IMG/VR virus record: IMGVR_UViG_3300028361_000020
Location: 1 to 64,000 of that record
Reading direction: 5' to 3' (one strand)
Length of the DNA stretch: 64,000 nt
DNA from: a virus
Taxonomy: Duplodnaviria > Heunggongvirae > Uroviricota > Caudoviricetes
In this document: one piece after another, positions 47,323 to 56,091 of the stretch
How the letters are laid out: each line of letters opens with the position of its first letter
Position numbering within the stretch: the first letter of the stretch is position 1
Translations under genes and position numbers: made by a program
The notes under the pieces: model-generated
Database searches by the model: none
What the model saw: the letters and a program-made list of their open reading frames with translations, nothing else
What the model was told of the DNA's origin: nothing

Positions 47323-47745
47323 CTATTCGTGAAGTTTGTATGCGTGCATGGCCTTGATTTCGTCTGGCTCCCAAACAAACGCCCACATGCAAGTAACCTC
47401 ATGGGTAAGAAACACCATGCCATCCTCCATGCACCACGGATAGGCTGGATCACAAGTGTATCCAGAATGCCCAGCAATTTTTGAGATATTTTTAAACTCA
47501 ATGATAGGCGCAGACAGTACCAAAGTTGTGCCAAAATCTCGGTTGCTGCCTGTTCATGCAACAAATGCATTGTGCAAGTCAGTTTCGCTAACCTCGTCGA
47601 TTTCGGCCATGTGCGCCAGCATTTCGGCTTGTGCGTGAGCAGCTTGCGCCATGCCTTTTCCAGGATTCATGTCTTGTAGATCTTCTCTCATAATGATATA
47701 CAGTCGTGGATCGATTACTTTTTGATTCATGTTATATTCTTTCAT
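47323..47745 (-). pseudogene. peptidyl-tRNA hydrolase PTH2-like gene interrupted by an in-frame TGA (two same-frame ORFs, 47554..47745 and 47323..47523)
   Basis: LYIIMREDLQDMNPGKGMAQAAHA matches the PTH2 core; downstream same-frame ORF continues ..NRIFGTT..LSAPI after the stop at 47554-47556. Confidence 0.5.
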
Positions 47746-48099
47746 TGATAGATGTCCATTCTCTGGTTATTACTGTAACTCGACAAATCGATCCTATTTC
47801 AACTGTTGAATTCTGGGCTGCGACTGCCGCGCCTTGAATTTTAGTACTTATTATTTGTGTCAACCACTAACTTATACAATCTCCATGGATTTTTAAAAGT
47901 TATCAATGATACTACACGACGTTTAAAATCAACTTTATCCATTGAATTAAGTGTAATCTATTGATTATCGAGTATTGACTGGGCCAGCATTGTTTTTCGC
48001 TGTTGCAATGTTCGTCTACTGCAAATACTGCTCCAAACGGATAGCATAATTATCAACAGATTGATACCATTAAGTATAGCCATTTCTAACGACATTGAA

Positions 48100-48750
48100 C
48101 TATAATTCAATGTCTACAAAGTCGTTGATGTCAATGCACTGAAATTGGGTGCCCAGAATGTTTTGATTGACTGAGTGGTGCCAGTGCCCAAACAACCAAT
48201 GATCGGGCTTGTGAAATGCAAACATTTGCTCAAACGCTTCTGCTGTTCTAGTTTTGAATTGAAATGTTCCGCTCATTGAACGATTTTTAGAAATAAACAT
48301 CTCGTATGCAACACTGGTAGGACAGTCGTGAGTAATAATCACTCGCGGACGGACTTTATTGTACAACACTATCATGTTAGATAATTCTTCATAGCTGAGT
48401 TCTTCGTCTTCCCACCAATCTAGACCCCTGGTGCGCTGTTGGTAGTCGATGCTCCATGCACCACCTACGTACATCACGTCGCCTTCTACTGTGCCGTCAT
48501 TGATGTAACCCAGCATATCGTTCTTGCACATATCAGGATCGTCATGATTGCCTCGAATAAAGCGATGCTGCGGGTTTTCTGTGTGATACCCGTTGACACT
48601 GTCGTGCCAGCTAGCTCCAGCAAAGCCAATGCCAAAGTCCCCTATTTGAACACTAGGTCCTTTCCAGTTCTCCAGGATTGTTTTGTATGCATGCACGTTC
48701 CCATGAATGTCCCCTATGATTCTTGTTTTGGTCATTTTTGATTCCACCAT
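48100..48750 (-). CDS. calcineurin-like metallophosphoesterase (PP-lambda / ApaH-like)
   Basis: GDIHG ... GDxxD ... GNHD motifs. Confidence 0.7.
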   Translation of the reverse strand: MVESKMTKTRIIGDIHGNVHAYKTILENWKGPSVQIGDFGIGFAGASWHDSVNGYHTENPQHRFIRGNHDDPDMCKNDMLGYINDGTVEGDVMYVGGAWSIDYQQRTRGLDWWEDEELSYEELSNMIVLYNKVRPRVIITHDCPTSVAYEMFISKNRSMSGTFQFKTRTAEAFEQMFAFHKPDHWLFGHWHHSVNQNILGTQFQCIDINDFVDIEL

Positions 48751-49295
48751 TCACGCCATTTTTTTCTCGATACAGATTCGTACAAGTCTTCTGCACCTAC
48801 TTCTACGCTTTCAGCATTTCCACCTTTTTTGATGTGGAAGAAAGCAGGTGCGCCTTTGTTGTACTGGCAAAGATTTTCTACAGGTTCCAAGCTGTCTGCA
48901 ATTTTAAACAGTGTCTCGGACCCCAAAAAGAAGTTGCCTTGCCAGTCCAGCTTTAGTCCATAACAGTACACGTTGATATCCCAGTTGTCAACCAAGTTGG
49001 CTAGGTCCCATATTTGTTCTTCGGTAAAGAATTGGGCTTCGTCAACTAACACAAATTGTGGTTTGTTGTTTGCACTCTTTAGTATTCTACTACTGGGTAA
49101 TTCATCAGATAAGATTGTTATACAGTCTTTTTCGATGCCTAGTCTTGTAGAAATGCTGCCTGTGGTTCTAGTATCTACGCTTGGCTTTAAGAGAACTGTT
49201 TTAAATCCTTTCTCCTCCAGCATGTAGTTTTTAGTTAGAACAGCAAGACTCTTTCCAGAGTTCATGGATGAATAGTAGAATATTAGTTTACACAT
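48732..49295 (-). CDS. tdk: thymidine kinase (start at the internal MCKLIFYYSSMNSGKS)
   Basis: Tdk N-terminus xxIFYYSSMNSGKS; the upstream ORF extension overlaps the preceding gene. Confidence 0.8.
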   Translation of the reverse strand: MCKLIFYYSSMNSGKSLAVLTKNYMLEEKGFKTVLLKPSVDTRTTGSISTRLGIEKDCITILSDELPSSRILKSANNKPQFVLVDEAQFFTEEQIWDLANLVDNWDINVYCYGLKLDWQGNFFLGSETLFKIADSLEPVENLCQYNKGAPAFFHIKKGGNAESVEVGAEDLYESVSRKKWREWWNQK

Positions 49296-49500
49296 TATTT
49301 TCCTTAGTTGGGGTTGTTTCGTACTTTCCTCTGGCTCTAAGATATCCTGCCTCAAATGATAGATGTACCAATCGAGCAACTTTATCAGGCGTATCAAACT
49401 TGCCACTGTATATTTGTTCGTCTAAACAGTTTTGATTGCGCTCTTCTTTGGACATAAATAAATATGTGTCCAACATTTGCTCCATGGTTGCTTTGGTCAT
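49288..49500 (-). CDS. hypothetical protein, 70 aa
   Basis: ORF. Confidence 0.35.
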   Translation of the reverse strand: MTKATMEQMLDTYLFMSKEERNQNCLDEQIYSGKFDTPDKVARLVHLSFEAGYLRARGKYETTPTKENNV

Positions 49501-49505
49501 TTATC

Positions 49506-49757
49506 CTACTTCTTTTGTTCGTTGAGTTGTTGCTTGCGCTTGTTCATCATTTTTATCATAACTTCTAAGTCTTCTTGTAGGTTTGCTACGCCGCCTGCGT
49601 TGGCGATCATAGTACCGGACTGATCAGACAACGAAGTGTTTGATGGAATTACTTCAGTAAGTTCGCCCTGGGCAATACGTTCTGTTAATTCAGCAATGGT
49701 ATTTTCCATAGTAGCAATTTGTTGGATTAATTTTTCGTTTGTCATTTCTTTTCCCAT
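49506..49757 (-). CDS. hypothetical coiled-coil protein, 83 aa
   Basis: ORF. Confidence 0.35.
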   Translation of the reverse strand: MGKEMTNEKLIQQIATMENTIAELTERIAQGELTEVIPSNTSLSDQSGTMIANAGGVANLQEDLEVMIKMMNKRKQQLNEQKK

Positions 49758-50260
49758 GTTCCCATTAGTGATTGTGCTACCAACATATGCTTGTACAACA
49801 GACCCTCATCAGAGTCTGTCCACACGTGACGACCTTTTCCTAGTGCTTCTTTGAAGTTGTACCGGTTGTCGTCAAAAAGGATAAAGTCAGCGATATCAGC
49901 ACCGTACTCTTCTAAGTACATTCTCACTTCGTCGCCACGCTGCATTCCTTTGTTGTTAATCCACGATTCTTTTGGATCTGTCTTCCATGGATTTGCAATT
50001 GTACCTCTGAAGCCCGAGTTACCAAATGCAGCCTTTACCCAGTGCTCTGCTTGGTTGCTAGTTGCATCAATGAAGTTCTTCCATGTTGACATTAGAACAA
50101 ATTCTACAGGATACTTGTCGTGTATTTTGTTCATAAAGTCCACAGCAACTGGGTCAAACCGGTGCCACATGTCATACGAAGCATTGTGCGCATAATTTAC
50201 CCGCGCAGATGTAAACACGCCGTCAATGTCTAAGAATACCAAGTATTTGCGTGTCATCAT
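49742..50260 (-). CDS. HAD-superfamily phosphatase (Pnk-phosphatase-domain-like)
   Basis: Motif I LVFLDIDGVF at the N-terminus; 172 aa. Confidence 0.55.
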   Translation of the reverse strand: MMTRKYLVFLDIDGVFTSARVNYAHNASYDMWHRFDPVAVDFMNKIHDKYPVEFVLMSTWKNFIDATSNQAEHWVKAAFGNSGFRGTIANPWKTDPKESWINNKGMQRGDEVRMYLEEYGADIADFILFDDNRYNFKEALGKGRHVWTDSDEGLLYKHMLVAQSLMGTWEKK

Positions 50261-50423
50261 CTTCTCTGTCCTTTATTGCTTCATTAATGTCTTTTGTATG
50301 TTCAGTGTACAGTACTTTTTCTCTAAAGTCAATACAATCACAACAGCCACATGCCATTCTTTTGGACTTTTTGCCCTTCATGTTGATGTTGCCTGCTCCT
50401 CTTGGCACTGGGGATCTTGGCAT
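50223..50423 (-). CDS. hypothetical Cys-containing protein, 66 aa
   Basis: ORF. Confidence 0.3.
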   Translation of the reverse strand: MPRSPVPRGAGNINMKGKKSKRMACGCCDCIDFREKVLYTEHTKDINEAIKDREDDDTQILGILRH

Positions 50424-50439
50424 GTTAGTCTCCTTATAG

Positions 50440-50514
50440 TGGTGCGCCCGGAAGGACTTGAACCCCCGACCACTGATTAAACTTCAGCTGCTCTACCTAC
50501 TAAGCTACGGGCCA
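50440..50514 (-). tRNA. tRNA-like with irregular acceptor (bulged G); anticodon loop AGTTTAA (TTT?)
   Basis: D GCTT-AGTAGGTA-GAGC; T GGGGG-TTCAAGT-CCTTC; CCA encoded. Confidence 0.4.
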
Positions 50515-50673
50515 CACATTATTGGTCGCAGGGCGTAGACGATAATGAGCCGTCCCCTCGAGGTTTCTGACGCCGCCCTGCTAAGTCCAACAAGTTACAA
50601 CTGCACTGTGATCGGCAGATTTATTATAACTCGACGCAGACTATTCTTATTCGGTGTATAGTATTATTTTCCA

Positions 50674-50922
50674 TTATAAGCCTTTCAAAAATTCGTATAC
50701 TGCATCAGCGGATGCAAACATTTTAGTACCTTGTTGTCTACTTGTTACCATAATCTGCTTGTCGTAACAGCGGATCAGGCCAAAGCCTTTGAACCTACCG
50801 TTACCCAGTAACCTTGTGTTCCATCGTGTTCTACGCGGAACTGGATCGTTCCACTCATGTTCAATGCCAAGTATTTCACTACATTGCACATAAAACGTTT
50901 TTTGTTCATCATTTGTCATCAT
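50674..50922 (-). CDS. hypothetical protein, 82 aa
   Basis: ORF. Confidence 0.4.
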   Translation of the reverse strand: MMTNDEQKTFYVQCSEILGIEHEWNDPVPRRTRWNTRLLGNGRFKGFGLIRCYDKQIMVTSRQQGTKMFASADAVYEFLKGL

Positions 50923-50983
50923 ATTGCTATACTACATTATTTTGTATGCTGTGTCGACCAGTAATTTATCATCTTTCCTAATG

Positions 50984-52540
50984 TTACGGATTTAATTCTT
51001 CATACGCTGCTTTGCAGGTTGCATAAAAGTTTGTCATTTCTGGAAATGTATTGAGGAAATCCTTGCCGCGTCTGCGGTCGTATTCATTTACAAACTGGTA
51101 GAACGAACTTCTTCCGTGGGTAATTTTTTTAGTTTTGATATCTGTAGGATGAAGGTCACATGCAGTCATTACATCCAATAAGATTCTTTTTAATTTAAGC
51201 GATTCGTTGCTTAAAAACCCTGTATTACCGTTCCACTCGTCGGCAGCATTTGCGTACATAAAATTCACAGAAGGCAGCAAGAATTCAGCAACCAGTTCCT
51301 TGGTTGACAACGCCACATCCAAAAACTCTGGGTGTCTAACATAAGGAATATCAATGCCAATCCGATTGTATGAACGATGCGTGTTGGTATACCCGGATGT
51401 TTTGTATTTTGTCAACCCGAGGTTTACTGTGTTGTCTAAGTTGACTCCACTTTGGTCTAATTGCTGAAATATGTGGTGTTTGTTGTACGTCTTCTTCAAT
51501 GACAGCACATATTCTAAAAAGTCTAGGAAGGTTGGGAGACTGAACAAGTTAAACGCTGCCATAAATGTAACGCGAGTATCGGTTGTGTTCCCAAGAAAGT
51601 ATGTTAAATTTTCTTTGAGCATGTTCCAATTCATACCGTCTCGGCTGTATTCGGCCTGACCCTCGACACTTTCGGCACTGAGGAATAACGTAACTCGCTT
51701 GACACATTTTTCATCAACCAATTGATTTGACAACTTGGTAAACTGTTTCCACAACTTGTCGGGCGGGCAACCGTTGCTGTTGATGGCAAACTCCATGTTG
51801 GGATTTGGATGTTCCAGCATGTATTCCATTAGTTTGACAGTGTGTTTGCTCATCAACGGTTCTCCGCCTGTGACACGCAATGTGTGCAGATGCGGCAGTG
51901 CTTCGGGCAACCATTTCCAGAATGCATCAGTGTATGGATTGTCTTCTCGATTTTTAATTTGCTCTGCTGGATTGCCGTTGTACTGTACGCCCGGGAATAA
52001 ATAGGCACCGTGTTCTGTTATTTCATCTACCCATTTGCTGCTGAAGCTTGGCCCACAATATGCACATTTAAAATTGCATACATTACTGAAACTAATTTCC
52101 ATATATTTTGGAAATACATTCTCGTCGCCCTTTAGTGCAGCAATTTCATCAAAGTTATGCACACTGTACGGATCCAAACTTTTTAACGTGCGATCGCTGG
52201 TCTCATTGGTGTTGTCCTCGATGCGCCAACAGAAGTCACATTCTGATGGTCTTTTGCCGTTGAGCATTTGCTTGCGGGCTGTCTTTTTATGCTCTGTGTT
52301 GTGCAATGCACTAGGATTGACTTCGAGTTCGTTCAACGGAATTTTATGTGCAGTGGGATGGTGACAACTGTGTGTTAACCCTGATCCCAAGTGCATAGTA
52401 ACTTGTGTCCATTTTGCCAAACAAAAGCCCGGACCAGTTTCGTTGAGTAATTCTTGCATCTTGTCGCAGTTGTTTTTACTATGCTCGATATAGCCACTGG
52501 GCTGTTTGTCCCATTCAACATCATCAAATTTCTTGGTCAT
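50984..52540 (-). CDS. radical SAM enzyme (MoaA/PqqE/SPASM-like CxxxCxxC) with a roughly 140-aa Cys/His-rich N-terminal extension, 518 aa
   Basis: EISFSNVCNFKCAYCG cluster at about residue 150; GGEPLM SAM-binding motif. Confidence 0.65.
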   Translation of the reverse strand: MTKKFDDVEWDKQPSGYIEHSKNNCDKMQELLNETGPGFCLAKWTQVTMHLGSGLTHSCHHPTAHKIPLNELEVNPSALHNTEHKKTARKQMLNGKRPSECDFCWRIEDNTNETSDRTLKSLDPYSVHNFDEIAALKGDENVFPKYMEISFSNVCNFKCAYCGPSFSSKWVDEITEHGAYLFPGVQYNGNPAEQIKNREDNPYTDAFWKWLPEALPHLHTLRVTGGEPLMSKHTVKLMEYMLEHPNPNMEFAINSNGCPPDKLWKQFTKLSNQLVDEKCVKRVTLFLSAESVEGQAEYSRDGMNWNMLKENLTYFLGNTTDTRVTFMAAFNLFSLPTFLDFLEYVLSLKKTYNKHHIFQQLDQSGVNLDNTVNLGLTKYKTSGYTNTHRSYNRIGIDIPYVRHPEFLDVALSTKELVAEFLLPSVNFMYANAADEWNGNTGFLSNESLKLKRILLDVMTACDLHPTDIKTKKITHGRSSFYQFVNEYDRRRGKDFLNTFPEMTNFYATCKAAYEELNP

Positions 52541-52810
52541 TGTTTATTTTTACCACTTCTTACTGCAACTATAACACAAAAGTTTATATGTGCAACGTAT
52601 TTATTATAACTAATAGTGTGCTGTTACGCCAAAGGAAAACCAGGTCTATAACGCAGGCTACTATCCATATTTTTCCCTTGGCGCTCTAGCCTTGCCACTA
52701 TTGCTAGCCCGACAAGGTTTCTCTCGCGTCTAGGGTACTTCGTTCCACTCATTATAAGATGGCTGCCTCGAAGCCAACTTCCTAATAGTTTTTCTTAATA
52801 TCCTTGTCTA

Positions 52811-53017
52811 CTAAGTGTTATTTATATGCGGCGTTACATCAGACATCTTGCGGCGAACTGTAATGCCCTTGCCAGACGGTGTTGTACGAACAAATACACC
52901 AATATCTTCGCCGCCATTTTGCAAAATATCTCCGTGCATATCGAAAGTCGGCTTTGATTTTTCAACTACGCTAAGAATAAAAGGCAGGGGCTTTCCTGGC
53001 ACAAAGTAAAGGTTCAT
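52811..53017 (-). CDS. hypothetical small protein, 68 aa
   Basis: ORF upstream of the rSAM gene. Confidence 0.3.
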   Translation of the reverse strand: MNLYFVPGKPLPFILSVVEKSKPTFDMHGDILQNGGEDIGVFVRTTPSGKGITVRRKMSDVTPHINNT

Positions 53018-53020
53018 GGT

Positions 53021-53203
53021 TTATTCCTTTTGCGCATTTAAGAGTGCATCTTTGTCGGATAGCGCAATACCAGTGTATTTAATGTGCGCCTCCTGATTCA
53101 TTCCGCAAAGATGACACTCTGCTGGGCGATAATAATCTGCTTCAAATTTATGGTATGTTACCACGCAACACCAACAGCCGTCTATCTTGGCAAACGTTGT
53201 CAT
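53021..53203 (-). CDS. Cys-rich micro-protein (DGCWCCVV ... ECHLCG), 60 aa
   Basis: ORF, 7 Cys in 60 aa, immediately upstream of the rSAM gene on the same strand. Confidence 0.35.
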   Translation of the reverse strand: MTTFAKIDGCWCCVVTYHKFEADYYRPAECHLCGMNQEAHIKYTGIALSDKDALLNAQKE

Positions 53204-53402
53204 GGTTTATTCCTTCTTATTTCGTAGTCAAGTCTACGCTGGGCTTGTTACGGCCTGCCTTGCTGTTGAAAGTGATACTAATCTCATCCACTTGTGATAA
53301 GAAGTTGATTCAGTGTGAACGTGGCCCCATTCGCGTGCCTTGCGTTGTTTTTCATATTCTGCACACGCAATCGCCTCTGGTTCGTCGTACTCGTTTACAA
53401 CT

Positions 53403-53669
53403 TTACTCATTTTGTGCCAGTGCCTTGAGAATTAATATTACCATATCCTCTACAACATCCTCTTCGTTGGCTGGCACAAAGTCATTGGCTGACATAGTAC
53501 CGACACTCCATGCGCTCCAGCACCGTGTGCAATACATTGCGCCGTCAAGCTCTTCTGCAACGGCATCCTTGAGTTGGTCTAGTGCAGACTCAGATAACAA
53601 TGCAAGCAACGCTTTGTTGGAAATACTACTCATTGCCGACCTTCTTGTCGTCGTTGAAGATTTTGACAC
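53403..53669 (-). CDS. hypothetical protein, 88 aa
   Basis: ORF. Confidence 0.35.
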   Translation of the reverse strand: MSKSSTTTRRSAMSSISNKALLALLSESALDQLKDAVAEELDGAMYCTRCWSAWSVGTMSANDFVPANEEDVVEDMVILILKALAQNE

Positions 53670-54048
53670 TCACACCTTCGGAGTAATAACCGTTGCTGCT
53701 TCCATAGAACCTAACATCGACTGATCCTTTGATGGTGCGGAATCTGTAGTAGGTCCATGTATGGCTGTCGTTGCTATGTGTAGTTGGACCCGGGTCGTAG
53801 TTTGAAACTTCTTCAACCAACAACAAAGGAGTACCGACTAGATCTTCTAAGTCTCCGACGATGTCTTCGATGTACACACTTTCGCAACAATCTTGATCAT
53901 GTTCTAGTGTAACAAAGTTGTTTTCTGTAACGTACAATGTCAGAGAATCGTCGTCGGCGGTTACAGCACTCAACACACGGCCCAGCAGACCTTCAAATGT
54001 TTTGACTGGCCCTACCAATCTGTTGTATGTTATATGCTTGCTTTCCAT
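53626..54048 (-). CDS. hypothetical protein, 140 aa
   Basis: ORF. Confidence 0.4.
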   Translation of the reverse strand: MESKHITYNRLVGPVKTFEGLLGRVLSAVTADDDSLTLYVTENNFVTLEHDQDCCESVYIEDIVGDLEDLVGTPLLLVEEVSNYDPGPTTHSNDSHTWTYYRFRTIKGSVDVRFYGSSNGYYSEGVSVKIFNDDKKVGNE

Positions 54049-54074
54049 AACTTTATCCTTTGATTTTTATATTT

Positions 54075-54150
54075 GGTACCGGCTCTTGGGATTGAACCAA
54101 GGACCTCCAGTTCCACAAACTAGCGCTCTAACCAACTGAGCTAAACCGGC
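54075..54150 (-). tRNA. tRNA-His (GTG)
   Basis: Acceptor GCCGGTT/AGCCGGT; D GCTC-AGTTGGTTA-GAGC; loop TTGTGGA; T CTTGG-TTCAATC-CCAAG; CCA encoded. Confidence 0.8.
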
Positions 54151-54455
54151 ATATTTTCTCTTTTAATAGTGTCTAGCACACGTTCTCTTTCATGTGCTAG
54201 ACGACCAATTTCGTTTGCTAGCGTTACTAACTCGTCATTGGAGTAATCCATATTGAAGATTAGTTCGGCTACAAATTCCTTGCGATTGTGTGCAGACCAG
54301 TATTTGCGCACACGACGGACAATCTCGTTACTGTTCTTAGAGTCTTGATTGTTCATCCACTGTTCAAGAAGCTTTTGCATGTTAGTCAAGTGTGCTGGTT
54401 TGGCCAGCCGCACGCGCTGCTCGCGTTTCGCCACGTTCCAGCGCATCGGGATCAA
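54141..54455 (-). CDS. hypothetical protein, 104 aa
   Basis: ORF; its stop overlaps the tRNA-His 5' end. Confidence 0.4.
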   Translation of the reverse strand: MIPMRWNVAKREQRVRLAKPAHLTNMQKLLEQWMNNQDSKNSNEIVRRVRKYWSAHNRKEFVAELIFNMDYSNDELVTLANEIGRLAHERERVLDTIKRENMPV

Positions 54456-54606
54456 GGTTCAGTGCATCGGCAGTGCGTTGTGCTTTTTCTTGCCCTACCA
54501 CAGTGGTATATTGCTTGCCGCCAACTATGACATTCCACAAGTTTGTTTGCACTCGTTCGGATTGTGTGTTTGGAGTGATGGTAAAGTCATTGCATTTACG
54601 CTTCAT
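54382..54606 (-). CDS. hypothetical protein, 74 aa
   Basis: ORF; promoter TTGACA-17-TACATT at 54657-54685. Confidence 0.35.
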   Translation of the reverse strand: MKRKCNDFTITPNTQSERVQTNLWNVIVGGKQYTTVVGQEKAQRTADALNLDPDALERGETRAARAAGQTSTLD

Positions 54607-54694
54607 GTTAGTTCCTATCCTGTGTGTCTATGCATTGTGCATCGTGTCTATATGTAAATGTAGCAGAGTGTTGCTGACATGTCAACGTGTATTT

Positions 54695-54769
54695 TGGTGT
54701 GCCGGATGGGATTCGAACCCATGACCTTCGGTTTAAGAGACCGCTGCTCTACCGCTGAGCTACCGGCGC
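54695..54769 (-). tRNA. tRNA-Lys (CTT)
   Basis: Same backbone as the Lys(TTT) at 60239; loop CTCTTAA; T ATGGG-TTCGAAT-CCCAT; CCA encoded. Confidence 0.7.
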
Positions 54770-54773
54770 ATAT

Positions 54774-54877
54774 TGGTGGAGAGAAATGGAATCGAACCAC
54801 TGACACCAGGCTCTTGCCCGTGCTCTACCTCAACAAATTCGTTCTGCAGAACTCCTTCGTCTCTGAGCTACCTCTCC
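54774..54877 (-). ncRNA. tRNA-like RNA (104 nt) with about 29-nt insertion (palindrome GTTCTGCAGAAC) in the D-loop and a tetraloop in place of the anticodon loop
   Basis: Acceptor GGAGAGG/TCTCTCC, T-arm AGTGG-TTCGATT-CCATT and CCA are canonical; the body is aberrant. Confidence 0.35.
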
Positions 54878-54894
54878 GTAATTTCTATCCAACG

Positions 54895-54975
54895 TCATTA
54901 CTGCAACAGGAATCGAACCCGTTTTTCTAGCTGACTGCTAGCGTCCTATCCAGTAGACGATACAGAATCTGCATA
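54895..54975 (-). ncRNA. degenerate tRNA-like element (T-arm ACGGG-TTCGATT-CCTGT and D-arm-like hairpin; no acceptor)
   Basis: Signature hairpins only. Confidence 0.25.
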
Positions 54976-55094
54976 CAACCTCTCAACGAAGTGGTTGTAT
55001 GCAGGACCTTGGATAAGGCAGTCGTTGCTGCCTAAGCTTGCTATCCTAGTCTTTAAACCAGGAAGGAAGTTAATCTTTCTCGCAAGCTATTGTT

Positions 55095-55171
55095 GGACTA
55101 GGATGGACTTGAACCAACGACCTCCCACGCGACAAAGCATAGGCGCTCTTCCAATCTGAGCTACGTAGTCC
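55095..55171 (-). tRNA. tRNA-like; D-arm and T-arm canonical, anticodon arm unresolved, no CCA
   Basis: GCTC-AGATTGGAA-GAGC; GTTGG-TTCAAGT-CCATC; acceptor GGACTAC/CTAGTCC (6 of 7 pairs). Confidence 0.35.
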
Positions 55172-55181
55172 GTAATAAAAT

Positions 55182-55400
55182 TTACTGTTCCTTATCGCAT
55201 TCGCCAACCCATGCAAGCTCTCCGGTATTAGGGCAAAACAATGCATAGCCTCGGCTAATGGATTCTTGCGTCATTGTTTCCAAAGTTTCTGTCGCTGTTT
55301 TCAAGAATTCTTGATGTACTACTGCAACAACAAAAAAGATCATCGCAACTGACAAGAGTATAAACATCACAGCTAGTAGGGCTCCGTCGTGTTTTGGCAA
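55182..55400 (-). CDS. small membrane protein, 72 aa
   Basis: TM helix. Confidence 0.35.
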   Translation of the reverse strand: MPKHDGALLAVMFILLSVAMIFFVVAVVHQEFLKTATETLETMTQESISRGYALFCPNTGELAWVGECDKEQ

Positions 55401-55412
55401 TATTTTATTCCT

Positions 55413-55862
55413 TTAATAAATGTACACAACCGGTTTTACATTGGTGAATTCACTCTCAATAATGGTAGCAATAACATTCCAATTGCCGCCACCCAGGCCA
55501 GCGCCAATCTGCGGCATTGCAACATGAGAATGGCCCCTGCATTCGCAAAATTCATTGATGTTGCGCATTGCATCGGATACTGCATCGTAGCTAACGTATC
55601 GCTTTTTTTCGCCGCCATAGAACTGCTGTGTAATTGCATTGATCAAAACTTTGTCGTTTTCTTCTACAGGAATAATACAGCCCATTGCAAGACCAATAGT
55701 AATTGCAGCATACTGGTTTAAATATGCATTGTACGCCAACGGAAAGTCGTCTCGTACAATCTTTGCCACGCCACTACCCATAACACCTTGTGCATTGCAG
55801 CCGTGTGCAAGCACTTTGATATCAGTTTTAAACATGTCGCCGTTTCGATATTCAATCTTCAT
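55413..55862 (-). CDS. macro-domain protein (ADP-ribose binding/processing)
   Basis: VLAHGCNAQGVMGSGVAKIV fits the macro-domain Gly-rich loop; 149 aa. Confidence 0.65.
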   Translation of the reverse strand: MKIEYRNGDMFKTDIKVLAHGCNAQGVMGSGVAKIVRDDFPLAYNAYLNQYAAITIGLAMGCIIPVEENDKVLINAITQQFYGGEKKRYVSYDAVSDAMRNINEFCECRGHSHVAMPQIGAGLGGGNWNVIATIIESEFTNVKPVVYIY

Positions 55863-56057
55863 TGTTGATCTCTTTTATAATTTTGGTGACTTTATTCCAA
55901 GATTCGATTGTTGGGAGGCCAACTGGCAATTCATCCAATCCTAATTTTGCAAGGCTCTCTGAAGATGTTTTATCCCATGCTCTGAGCTGTTCTGAAAATT
56001 CTTCTGAAATAACAATCTTAGCCATTGTAACGTCCCTGTTTGTTGTGTTGTGTAACT

Positions 56058-56086
56058 ATATTAGCAGACTAATACAGTACTGTCAA
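56058..56086 (-). promoter_or_regulatory. sigma70-like promoter TTGACA-17-TAATAT upstream of the macro-domain gene and a 53-aa micro-ORF
   Basis: Minus strand reads atgcTTGACAgtactgtattagtctgcTAATAT. Confidence 0.5.
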
Positions 56087-56091
56087 GCATG

